Source of the DNA: Bryobacteraceae bacterium
GTDB taxonomy: Bacteria; Acidobacteriota; Terriglobia; Bryobacterales; Bryobacteraceae
NCBI GenBank assembly: GCA_030038565.1
Contig: JASHSS010000159.1
Coordinates: 1-58,196 of the forward strand
Reading direction: 5' to 3'
Length of the DNA: 58,196 bases
Shown here in pieces: positions 10,150 to 18,896 of this stretch. The notes beneath the pieces were generated by a model. That model was not told the DNA's origin. It saw nothing but the letters and a program-made list of their open reading frames with translations, and made no database searches. Both the position numbers and the translations under genes were made by a program. Numbering within the stretch: the stretch's first letter is position 1; each line of letters opens with the position of its first letter.

Positions 10150-11445
10150 CAGGTCGCCGTACCATCCAGTCCTCCGGCCGCAGACTGCTGACCGGCCCGA
10201 AGTCCGCCAGCGCTTCGAATGTGAGGCACGCGCTCTCTCCGCGCTCAACCATCGCCACCTCTGCACACCCCACGACGTCGGCCGCGAAGGCCCGCGCGAC
10301 AACCTCGTCATGGAGTTCAACCCAGGGCGAAACTCTGTGCGAGCGTCTCAAGCACGGCCCGCTGCCGCTCGACCAGGCCCTGTGCATCGCCAGCGAAGTG
10401 GCCGAGGCGCTCGATCGCGCTCACCGCACCGGCAATTATCCATCGCGATTTCAAGCCCGGCAATATCATGCTCACCTAAGGACAGGTCCAAGGTGCGGGA
10501 TTTCGGCCTGGCCAAGAAGCGCGCCAATCGCCGGGTACCGCTCTGAGGGGCTCGGTGATGCGGACCTTCACTTCGCCGCTCACCGGGGAAGGCTCGATTT
10601 TCGGCACGCTGCAATACATGGCGCCGGAACAGTTGGAGGGTCAGGATGCCGACGCGCGCTGCGATATCTCCTCTTTCGGCATAGTTCTTTATGAAATGGT
10701 CGCCGCGAGGAGTCCCTTCGAAGGGCAGAATGCGGCCGCCATTTTGGAGCGCGACCCGCCTGCTCCCGGCGATATCGCTCCGCCCGCGCTGGACCGTCTG
10801 GTATGCCGCTGTCTCGCCAAAGATCCCGAGGATCGCTGGCAATCGGCCTGCGATCTGATGGACGAACTGCCATGGATTGCCAGCGTTCCTGCGGCAACCG
10901 CCCCGGCGTCGCCGCAAACCAGCGGGACCGATAGCATTTGGCGCTCTTGCGCCCGAAACCGAAAGAGCTGCCGCTTGTGCGGTTCCAGGTGGCGCCCCCG
11001 GCGCAATTGGGAGCATAGGCGGCCATCCGATATCGCCGGACGGGCGGCGAATCCTCTTCTTCACTTATTTGAAAGATCAGTCCCAGCTCTGGATTCGTTC
11101 TCTCGACTGGTTGACGCCAGTCCCTTGCCTGGCACTGAGGGGATCGGAATGTTTGTGGCTTTCTGGTCGCCCGACAGCCGGTCCATCGCCTTTTTCGCCG
11201 ATGGCAAGCTGAAGAGGATATAAATCAGCGGACCCTCTGGCTGGGGGCCGGTTGCCGCGCAGTGCAACGTTGCGGTGGGCGCGGGCGGAACATGGAGCCA
11301 GGATGGTGTGATCGTGTTTTGAGGCCGGCCAGGACGGACTCTACCGGCTGCCTGCCAGCAAGGGAACTCCGGTGCCGCTCACCCGGCTGGACCTCTCCAA
11401 AAAGGAAAGGGCACATGTCTATCCCAGGTTCCCGGTGGCTATCAC
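10150..11445 (+). pseudogene. decayed Ser/Thr protein kinase fused to TolB/WD40-like beta-propeller
   Basis: Kinase motifs are spread over three frames. They include VAV..VLRPQTADRPEVRQRFE, LVMEF, GETLCERLKHGPLPLDQALCIASEVAEALDRAH and IIHRDFKPGNIMLT followed by TAA. KVRDFGLAKK, GTLQYMAPEQL, DISSFGIVLYEM and CLAKDPEDRW are also present. Propeller-like SPDGRRILFF, FWSPDSRSIAFFADGKL and GLYRLPASKGTPVPLTRLD follow in yet other frames. The Gly-loop N-lobe is missing and the 3' end is truncated at the neighbouring gene. Confidence 0.7.
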
Positions 11446-11459
11446 CAATGTAGACGGCC

Positions 11460-12071
11460 TTAGTGATCGTACATGACGTGTCTGGCGTATTCTTCTTGCA
11501 CCTTGGGGTCCTCGGCATAGCTCTGATGCAGGATCCAAATGCCTTCGTTGTTGGCGACGAAAATCAAACCCCGGCGATCATCACGCGTCATCGCGGTTAC
11601 TTCTTTGAATTCCCGCGCCACCTTGGGGTGGAGCGGATCGGAGAAATCCATAACGCGCACGGTCTGGCCTTTGGCAACCGGTGTAGGGGTCTCGACGCCG
11701 TCGGTGACCAGCGCGGCGGTTCCGGCCACTGCGTACAGGTTCGCCGATGCGTCTGTTAGGGCAGCGGGCAATTCGGCGACCACTACCGGGTGCGCAGTGT
11801 GAGTCACATCAAGCAGGGTAAGTTGACCGCCGCCGTGCTCGGCATAGAGGTAAGAGCTGCTGTAATGCTGCGTGACAATGAAGTGGGTCACTGCGCCGCC
11901 GGTCAACGGAATGTGGCCCACAACCTGAATTTCGTCTTGCGGCTCGTTTGGGGCCGGCTTGGGCTTCTTGCCTTTGGCTTGTGCGGCCGAAACGGCAAGC
12001 GAAGCCGCGGCGATCAGCACAAACGAAGTAGAAACACGATGGGTTCGCATAGAGGGTCTCCTGAGGCTCAT
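11460..12071 (-). CDS. secreted hypothetical protein with LVIVD-repeat-like motifs, last gene of the RND operon
   Basis: Signal peptide ...FVLIAAASLAVSAAQA. Repeated motifs LTLLDVTHTAHPVVV, VRVMDFSDPLHPKV and GLIFVANNEGIWIL. The ATG overlaps the RND gene stop (ATGA at 12068-12071). Confidence 0.55.
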   Translation of the reverse strand: MSLRRPSMRTHRVSTSFVLIAAASLAVSAAQAKGKKPKPAPNEPQDEIQVVGHIPLTGGAVTHFIVTQHYSSSYLYAEHGGGQLTLLDVTHTAHPVVVAELPAALTDASANLYAVAGTAALVTDGVETPTPVAKGQTVRVMDFSDPLHPKVAREFKEVTAMTRDDRRGLIFVANNEGIWILHQSYAEDPKVQEEYARHVMYDH

Positions 12072-15000
12072 TCGAAAGTTTCTCCGGGCTCGCGGCCGGC
12101 ATTCACCAAAGCGAATCCGGCCGGCGCCAGGAACACGGTAAACACCACGGAAGCGGCGAGACCGCCGATCAGCGCGCGCGCCAGAGGCGCATACGACTCG
12201 CTGCCTTCGCCTAATTTCAAAGCCATTGGCAGCAGGCCGATTATCGTCGCCAGCGATGTCATGAGAATGGGCCGCAAGCGCACGCGGCAGGACTCCACAA
12301 TGGCTTCGGTGGAACTGTGTCCCTCGGCCATCAGATGGCGCGCAAACTCGACAATCAGGATGCTGTTGGACATCGCGATGCCAGCCAGCATGATCACTCC
12401 CATCAGCGACATCACGTTCAACGTGGTGCCTGTCAACACCAGCGTCACCAGCACTCCGGCGATCCCTGGCGGCAGCGCCAGAAGGATGATGAAGGGGTCG
12501 GTGAGCGATCGGAATTGCGCAACCAGAATCAGAAACAGCAACACCACAGAAAGCACCAGGCCAATGGCGAAGCTGCGGAACGACGCATCCATGGCCTCGG
12601 CGCTGCCCCGCAATGTCACGCTGATGCCGGAGGGAACCTCCTCGCGCGCAATCGCTCGGCGCGCGACATCGGCCGCGGCTCCCAGATCTTCGCTGGCCGG
12701 CCTGGCGTAGATGTCCAGCTTGCGTCGAATCTGGTAATGGTCCACTTCAGTGGGGGCCTCGGTGCGCTGGATATCGGCAATCATGTCGAGGCGCGTCGGC
12801 TGGCCGACACCATCGGCGTGCAGCGGGATGGAGCGCAGATCGCGGATCGAGCGGACCTGGTTTTCGGGATACTGCACTGTCAGAAAGTAGTTGTTGCCGT
12901 TGCGCGGGTCGATCCAGAGATTGGGCGCGATCATCTGGTTGGAGGTGAGCGAAGTAATCACGTTCGTCAGGACCTCGCGTTCGGTGAGGCCCAACTTGGC
13001 GGCATGCAGCCGATCGACGTTGATGCGCAGCGAGGGGTAATCCAGATCCTGCGGCATAAACACGTCCGCGATGCGGCGCGACTCGCGAAGGCTCGCCGCG
13101 ATGTTCTGGGCGATCCGGTTGTCGGCATCCAGGTTCGATCCCACAATCTGCACGTCGAGCGGCGCCGGAGCGCCCATGCTGACCACGGCATCCACCAGGC
13201 TGCCCGTGGAGAAGTACGTTGCAATCTCGGGCATCCGGCCGGCGATGCGGCTCTTGAGTTCGCGAATGTATTGGTAACTGCCGATGCGGTGATCGGGCTT
13301 GAGGCCCACCTGCACGAAGCCGGTGTGCATGGCGGCGTTGCTCGTGTAGACAGCCGAAAAGCCGTTATCCACGCCGATGTTGTCTACGAGAATGCCGAGA
13401 TCGTCGGGGCGAACCGTCTGGCGTACTAACTCCTCCAGACGGGCAGCCTCACGCTCGGTAACACCCAGTCGCGTGCCCGAGGGAGCTTTGAAGGTAATGA
13501 TGAACTGGCCCGCATCGGTTTGCGGGAAATAGGAGAATCCCAGTCGCGTGTAGAGAAGCAGGCTTGAGCCGAAGGCGACGAAGAACAGCGCCAGAGGGAC
13601 GGCCGGCGCACGGAGCGCCCGTTGCACCGCAATTTCGTAAACCGAAAGCATGCGGCGGAAACCGGCGTTGAAGGAGTTTTGAAATCGCGCGCCGGCGCGC
13701 GACAGAACCGATTCGGCGTGCACTTCGTCTTCGCCGCTGTGGTGCACCTTCAGAAATCGCGCGCAGAACAACGGCACCACCGTCATGGCCACGAAATAGG
13801 AAGCGAACAGCGATACCACCACCGCCAGCGCCATCGCTGAAAACAGAAACTTGCTGACGCCGGCGAGGAGCGTGACCGGGAAGAACACCACCGCAGTAGT
13901 AAGCGTGGAAGCCAGCACCGGTAGCGCAACTTCCCTGCCGCCCTTCTCCGCGGCGACCTTCGGCGGCTCGCCGATCTCCAGCCGGCGATAAATGTTCTCC
14001 AGCACCACCACCGAGTTATCGATCAGCCGCGAGAGCGCCAGCGCCAGTCCGCCGAGCACCATGGAATTAATCGACGACCCGCCCAGTTGCAGAACGAAGA
14101 ATGTGGCGCACACCGAAAGCGGAATCGAAAAGAAGACCGCCGTCGTAGCGCGCAGGCTGCCTAGAAAGAGCAGGATCATGAGACAGGTGAGGAACAGGCC
14201 GATGGCGCCCTCATGTAGCAGGGTCTCGATTGCGGTACGCACGAAGCGCGATTGATCGAACACCACGCCCGTGCGCATGGCCTCCGGCACATCCACCAGG
14301 TGTCCGACCGTCTTGCGGATTCCATCGACGATGGCGATGGTGTTGGAATCGCCGCCCTGCTTCATGACCGGGAGGTAGACCGAGCGCTGCCCATTGACGT
14401 GGACCACGTTGTACTGCAGCGCGTGCCCATCGGTGAGCTGGCCGATATCCGACATCAGCACCGGGTTTTCGCCGTTCATCTTCACCGGATATTGGCTGGC
14501 ATTGTGCAGATCGAACTGCGCGTTGGAGTAAATGTTGTAATCGAGATTGCCGATCTGCACGTCGCCGGCGGGGAGAATCACATTGGCCTGATTCAGCGCG
14601 CGGACCACATCCATGGGGCTGATCTGCCGCGCCTCGAGCTTCAGGGGGTCAACATAGAATTGAATCTGCCGCCAGGGCCCTCCGAAGGGCTGTGGAATGG
14701 ACGCGCCGGGAACTCCGGCCAATTGGTTGCGAACGAAATTCTGGGCGATGTCTTTGAGGGCGCCGTCAGTCATTCCTTGGCCATTCATCGTGACCAGGCA
14801 GACCGGCAGACTTGAGGCATCCGATTTCAGCACCACCGGCGGCAGCGTTCCCGGCGGCAGATCCTTCATGTCGGAAACGGCCAGGTTGGCGATAGTCGCG
14901 GCGTCGATATCCGCATTCGTCCCGGTTTGAAAATACACGCGGATGATGCTGACCCCATTCAACGAGCGGGATTCGATGTGATCGATTCCGCTGGCCAGCG

Positions 15001-15208
15001 TAAAGAAGCGCTCGAGGTGATAGGTAATATCGCCTTCGATCTGCTCGGGCGGCATGCCCGAATAAAACGTGGCCACCACCACCACCGGGATATTCATCGC
15101 CGGAAACATGTCCACCGGCATCTGGACCACGCTGACCGCGCCCAGAATGGCCACGATGAGGCAGGCCACTACGATCAGGTAAGGCGTTTGAATGGCGAAT
15201 CGCGACAT
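12068..15208 (-). CDS. efflux RND transporter permease subunit (AcrB/HAE-type)
   Basis: 1046 aa with a 12-TM architecture. The N-terminus MSRFAIQTPYLIVVACLIVAILGAVSVVQMPVDMFPAMNIPVV is typical of RND pumps. Substrate is not assignable. Confidence 0.95.
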   Translation of the reverse strand: MSRFAIQTPYLIVVACLIVAILGAVSVVQMPVDMFPAMNIPVVVVATFYSGMPPEQIEGDITYHLERFFTLASGIDHIESRSLNGVSIIRVYFQTGTNADIDAATIANLAVSDMKDLPPGTLPPVVLKSDASSLPVCLVTMNGQGMTDGALKDIAQNFVRNQLAGVPGASIPQPFGGPWRQIQFYVDPLKLEARQISPMDVVRALNQANVILPAGDVQIGNLDYNIYSNAQFDLHNASQYPVKMNGENPVLMSDIGQLTDGHALQYNVVHVNGQRSVYLPVMKQGGDSNTIAIVDGIRKTVGHLVDVPEAMRTGVVFDQSRFVRTAIETLLHEGAIGLFLTCLMILLFLGSLRATTAVFFSIPLSVCATFFVLQLGGSSINSMVLGGLALALSRLIDNSVVVLENIYRRLEIGEPPKVAAEKGGREVALPVLASTLTTAVVFFPVTLLAGVSKFLFSAMALAVVVSLFASYFVAMTVVPLFCARFLKVHHSGEDEVHAESVLSRAGARFQNSFNAGFRRMLSVYEIAVQRALRAPAVPLALFFVAFGSSLLLYTRLGFSYFPQTDAGQFIITFKAPSGTRLGVTEREAARLEELVRQTVRPDDLGILVDNIGVDNGFSAVYTSNAAMHTGFVQVGLKPDHRIGSYQYIRELKSRIAGRMPEIATYFSTGSLVDAVVSMGAPAPLDVQIVGSNLDADNRIAQNIAASLRESRRIADVFMPQDLDYPSLRINVDRLHAAKLGLTEREVLTNVITSLTSNQMIAPNLWIDPRNGNNYFLTVQYPENQVRSIRDLRSIPLHADGVGQPTRLDMIADIQRTEAPTEVDHYQIRRKLDIYARPASEDLGAAADVARRAIAREEVPSGISVTLRGSAEAMDASFRSFAIGLVLSVVLLFLILVAQFRSLTDPFIILLALPPGIAGVLVTLVLTGTTLNVMSLMGVIMLAGIAMSNSILIVEFARHLMAEGHSSTEAIVESCRVRLRPILMTSLATIIGLLPMALKLGEGSESYAPLARALIGGLAASVVFTVFLAPAGFALVNAGREPGETFE

Positions 15209-15213
15209 ACCAG

Positions 15214-16443
15214 TCAGGGCCTCGTGAATTCCGCGGAAAGGACGGGCTGGACGCGCTCGCCCTGTTTCAATCCGGCGCGCGATCCGACAATGACCGAATC
15301 GCCATCGGCCAGATGGCCAGAGCGGATCTCGATGCGCTGCGCGTTTTCGAGGCCTAGCACCACCGGAACGATGTCGATCGCGCCCGAAGGCGTGACGGTG
15401 AACACGCGCGAAACTCCGCCGCTCGAATCCACGGCTTCCACAGGCACCGAGAGGACGTGTTTGCGTTGCTCCGTCATCAGGTCCACTTCCGCATACATAC
15501 CCGCCACCAGTTCCAGATTGGAGTTGGGCACATCAACTTCGGTTTTCATCGTGCGTGTCGAGGCGTCCACCTTGTCGGCGAAGCGCGCCACCCGGCCCGG
15601 GAAGCTCCGATGGAGAGCCCCGACTTTGACCTCCACTGGCTCGCCCAGGCGAACCAGCGGGACCGCCGATTCCGGAACCGGCAGCGCCAGCCGCAGCAGG
15701 CCGTTGCGCGAAAGCCGGACCACCGGCATGGCTTGCGTTTGCGAGGAAGTTCCGGCTTGGATTAACGAGCCGGTGTTGGCGTAACGCTTGGTGATCACGC
15801 CGGTGAACGGCGCGGTGATGGTGGCATACTGCAAGAGCGTTTTGAGCCGCGACTGTTCGGCCTGCGCCACGCGGATGCGCTGCTGGCACGCGGCGACATG
15901 TGATTTCGCGGCAGAGACCTGCGCCTCAGATACGAGGTCCCGCGAGTGGCCTTCATCCACTTCCTGTTGCGGCACGAGGCCCGGCTCGCGCTTCGAAACA
16001 TTCAGGATCCGCGAGTACGAAAGGTGCGCGAGGTCGTGAGCCGATTCGGCCCGCTGCACGTCGTCGCGCGCCGTGGCCAATTCCGCGCCCGCTTCCTCGA
16101 TGGCCGCCGACGCTCGCGCGAGGTCGTCTTGCATCTCGGGGATTTCGAGAGTGGCGAGCAGTTGCCCCTCGCGCACGCGATCGCCGATATCGACTTTGAT
16201 TTCGCGAATGTACCCGGACACTTTGGCCATCACGTCGACTTCTTCGAACGGTTCGAACTCGGCCGTCAGCACGAGGCCCGAAGAAAGGTCCGCGCGGCCG
16301 GCTTTGGCGACCGCCACGGTGCGCAGTTCGCCGGGGGGGAGAGCCGTCGTCGCCCCGCCGCGCGAGCATGATGTGAGTGGCAGAAGGGAGACAGCGGCGG
16401 CCGATATGGCAATCGTCCGCGAATTCCGTACCAGGTTCTTCAT
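15214..16443 (-). CDS. efflux RND periplasmic adaptor (membrane fusion protein), lipoprotein
   Basis: Lipobox LPLTSC and HlyD/MFP-like coiled-coil and beta-barrel regions. It lies 5 nt upstream of the RND gene, and its ATG overlaps the TolC stop. Confidence 0.9.
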   Translation of the reverse strand: MKNLVRNSRTIAISAAAVSLLPLTSCSRGGATTALPPGELRTVAVAKAGRADLSSGLVLTAEFEPFEEVDVMAKVSGYIREIKVDIGDRVREGQLLATLEIPEMQDDLARASAAIEEAGAELATARDDVQRAESAHDLAHLSYSRILNVSKREPGLVPQQEVDEGHSRDLVSEAQVSAAKSHVAACQQRIRVAQAEQSRLKTLLQYATITAPFTGVITKRYANTGSLIQAGTSSQTQAMPVVRLSRNGLLRLALPVPESAVPLVRLGEPVEVKVGALHRSFPGRVARFADKVDASTRTMKTEVDVPNSNLELVAGMYAEVDLMTEQRKHVLSVPVEAVDSSGGVSRVFTVTPSGAIDIVPVVLGLENAQRIEIRSGHLADGDSVIVGSRAGLKQGERVQPVLSAEFTRP

Positions 16444-17732
16444 CGCAGAACTCCCGTTTGGTAGTCGAGTGCCGCGCGGCGGCTCAGGTATTCGTACTTG
16501 GCGGACGCCGCGGCAATCTCGGCCGAGGTCTGGTTCAACTGTGCCTGGTTCAGCTCCACTATGCTGCCCAGCGCGGCATCGTAGCGCGCCTGCGCCAGCC
16601 GCAGCGATTCATTCGCCTGCGCCACCAGACGCGCGGTCACGTCGAGACGAAGAAATGCGTCATGAGCTTCGAACCACGCGACCCGCACGTCGCGGGCGAT
16701 CCTCACGGCCAGATCGTCGGCGGTTTTGTGAGCTGCTGCCGCGTCCGATTCGGCTTCTTCCCGCCGTGCCTTGAAGAGACCGCCGTTCAACACCGGGATG
16801 CTGATGTTGACCGCGGCGGCGCTGTAGGTGCGGGGCAGGCGATCGTCGCGAACCGGCGCGGCGCCGGCCACGGCAATCGCATTGACCGAGGGATTACGCA
16901 AGTCTTTCTCGGCTTCGGCGTAGCTTTCGAGAGCTTCGCGATTGTATTCGAGCGCGTTCAAATCGGGGCGCCGGCGCATGGCCTCTGCGATCATTTCGTT
17001 CACATCCGGGCTGAGCGCTTCGGGCAGAGGCTCGTCCGTGATCGAGTATGGCTGGTCGCCGGAATAGCCCATCGCAGCCGATAATTCCGCGTGGCTGGCC
17101 CTGGCCTGGTCCTCGGCGCGGTTCAAGTCCAACTCCGCCTGCGACACGTTTACTTGCGCGAAGCTCACGTCGAGCGTGGAGCGTAGAGCGCTTTGGGCCA
17201 GAGCCGTTACCTGCCGCAACGTAAGCCGGCGGAGGTCGAGCGTGGCTCGCGCCACCTTCAGCACTGACTCCGCCGCGAGCGCCTGGTAATACGTCTGCCG
17301 CACTTCGAGGAGCACCTCGGCGCGCGTGCTGACTACCTGGCTATCCGCAGAAGCGGTGCGCAGCCGCGCGCTTCGTTCGAGGTTGGAAGTGCGCCCGAAA
17401 TCCGCGATCAGTTGGTTCGCCATGAACCCGGACGAACCGCGGCTGTACAAGCTCGAAGTGGTGACCGCGCCCGCAGACAGCACCGCTCCGCGATCCGAGC
17501 CGGCGCCGGTGACATTCACGTTGACGGTTGGCAGGTACGCCGATCGGATTTCCTGAACGGCGAATCCGTTCGCCTGCGCCTGGAACTGCGCGGCGGCGAT
17601 GCGCGGATGATTGCGCAGCGCGGTCTGCTCGGCCTCGGAAAGCGAGAGTGGAGGTTGCGCCCATGCAGCGCCAAACGCAGCCGCGCAAGCCAACCCAACC
17701 GAGCGCCACGCATAGGCAGGCCGGCTCTTCAT
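16440..17732 (-). CDS. TolC family outer membrane efflux protein
   Basis: Signal peptide, then two OEP repeats (LSLSEAEQTALRNHPRIAAA..., ...ARYDAALGSIVELNQAQ...). Confidence 0.9.
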   Translation of the reverse strand: MKSRPAYAWRSVGLACAAAFGAAWAQPPLSLSEAEQTALRNHPRIAAAQFQAQANGFAVQEIRSAYLPTVNVNVTGAGSDRGAVLSAGAVTTSSLYSRGSSGFMANQLIADFGRTSNLERSARLRTASADSQVVSTRAEVLLEVRQTYYQALAAESVLKVARATLDLRRLTLRQVTALAQSALRSTLDVSFAQVNVSQAELDLNRAEDQARASHAELSAAMGYSGDQPYSITDEPLPEALSPDVNEMIAEAMRRRPDLNALEYNREALESYAEAEKDLRNPSVNAIAVAGAAPVRDDRLPRTYSAAAVNISIPVLNGGLFKARREEAESDAAAAHKTADDLAVRIARDVRVAWFEAHDAFLRLDVTARLVAQANESLRLAQARYDAALGSIVELNQAQLNQTSAEIAAASAKYEYLSRRAALDYQTGVLR

Positions 17733-18070
17733 TGGGCCGTTCCGGTTGTGGCCTTCAGAACCACGGTTTCATGAGCTTCGATGAGACCGTCGGTTACCAG
17801 CTCGATCAGCGCCGGAAGAAAACGATCGAGATTTCGCTGCTCGTCGATAAACTCGATCCGCAGCGGCATGTGCCCCGGCGAATGGATGCCGGTATCGTCG
17901 TGTAAGCGATGATGCGAGCCGAAGCCTGTTTCGGGCCGCAGCAGCGTAGCTCCCGCCACTCCTTCACGGAGCAGCAAGGCGAGAATCTCGCGGCTCAGGA
18001 AATCGCTTCGGGAGCTGGTGTCTTCGTTCAGGTGAATCGTGACTTTCTTAGCAGGACCGGGGTGCAGCAT
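17729..18070 (-). CDS. DUF190 (PII-like fold) domain protein, first gene of the RND operon
   Basis: 113 aa. KKVTIHLNEDTSS...LLREGVAGATLLRPETGFGSHHRLH...PLRIEFIDEQRNLDRFL matches the DUF190 pattern as I recall it. Its stop overlaps the TolC ATG (ATGA). Confidence 0.7.
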   Translation of the reverse strand: MLHPGPAKKVTIHLNEDTSSRSDFLSREILALLLREGVAGATLLRPETGFGSHHRLHDDTGIHSPGHMPLRIEFIDEQRNLDRFLPALIELVTDGLIEAHETVVLKATTGTAQ

Positions 18071-18145
18071 CGCTTCTGTTTCGGTTGTAGCATCGGAAGA
18101 GGAGCTTTTCTCCTGAAGACTTGCTGATATCTTGAGCCGCCGGAA

Positions 18146-18173
18146 TGTCAGGAAAATATCAGGATCGTGTCAG
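18146..18173. promoter_or_regulatory. three direct repeats T(G/A)TCAGGA phased at 11 bp; candidate OmpR-family response-regulator box
   Basis: TGTCAGGA at 18146, TATCAGGA at 18157 and TGTCAG at 18168, so the period is exactly 11 bp. The site is in the 139-bp divergent region between the DUF190-RND operon and the response-regulator gene. Confidence 0.4.
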
Positions 18174-18209
18174 TTGCAAAAACCCTTCGGCGCTCCTATA
18201 AATGAAATC

Positions 18210-18896
18210 GTGAACATCCTTGTGGTCGAGGACGAACGGAAAATGGCGCAGGCCCTGCAAGACGGCCTGGAAGCCGACGGCTACACGGTCCGCGTTGCCT
18301 ATACCGGCGAAGAGGGCTTTTACCTGATTCAAGCGCAAGCTTTCGATCTGGCGATTCTGGACGTTATGCTGCCCGGCCACGACGGGTTCGAGATTCTTGC
18401 TACGCTGCGGCGGCGCGGCGTGAGAACCCCGGTGCTGCTGCTCACTTCGCGCGATGCGGTGGAAGATCGTGTGCGCGGCCTCGATCTCGGCGCAGACGAT
18501 TACCTGGTAAAGCCGTTCGCTTTTCCCGAGTTGCTGGCGCGCATCCGCATGCTCTTGCGCAGAGGCCAGCCGGTTTCTTCCGCGCGCTTGAAACTGGCGG
18601 ACCTCGAAATGGACCTCGCGCAGCGTCTGGTGGTTCGGGCCGGCCAGAAGCTCGACCTGACCGCGCGCGAATTCGATCTGCTGGAATACTTCTTTTCGAA
18701 CAATGGGCGGGTGGTTTCGCGCGAAATGCTGGCGCGCGATGTATGGAAGGAGACCGCCCGGCAGACTCCGCTCGATAACGTCATCGATGCGCAAATGGTG
18801 CGTCTGCGCCGCAAGGTCGATGGGCAATCGGAGCACCGCCTGTTGCACACCGTGCGCGGCGTCGGCTTCGTCCTTCGAGAGGGCAACGAGACCTGA
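18210..18896 (+). CDS. OmpR-family response regulator, CusR/CopR-like
   Basis: GTG start giving VNILVVEDERKMAQAL. Receiver Asp in LAILDVMLPG, then LTSRDAVEDRVRGLDLGADDYLVKPFAFPELLARI and a winged-helix C-terminus. Confidence 0.9.
   Translation: MNILVVEDERKMAQALQDGLEADGYTVRVAYTGEEGFYLIQAQAFDLAILDVMLPGHDGFEILATLRRRGVRTPVLLLTSRDAVEDRVRGLDLGADDYLVKPFAFPELLARIRMLLRRGQPVSSARLKLADLEMDLAQRLVVRAGQKLDLTAREFDLLEYFFSNNGRVVSREMLARDVWKETARQTPLDNVIDAQMVRLRRKVDGQSEHRLLHTVRGVGFVLREGNET

Noticed and set aside
12068-15208. Calling the RND pump a CusA/CzcA-type heavy-metal exporter because of the adjacent CusRS-like two-component system.
   Set aside because: The N-terminal and overall sequence resemble generic HAE-type RND permeases rather than CusA as I recall it. 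Substrate specificity cannot be inferred from the regulator alone.
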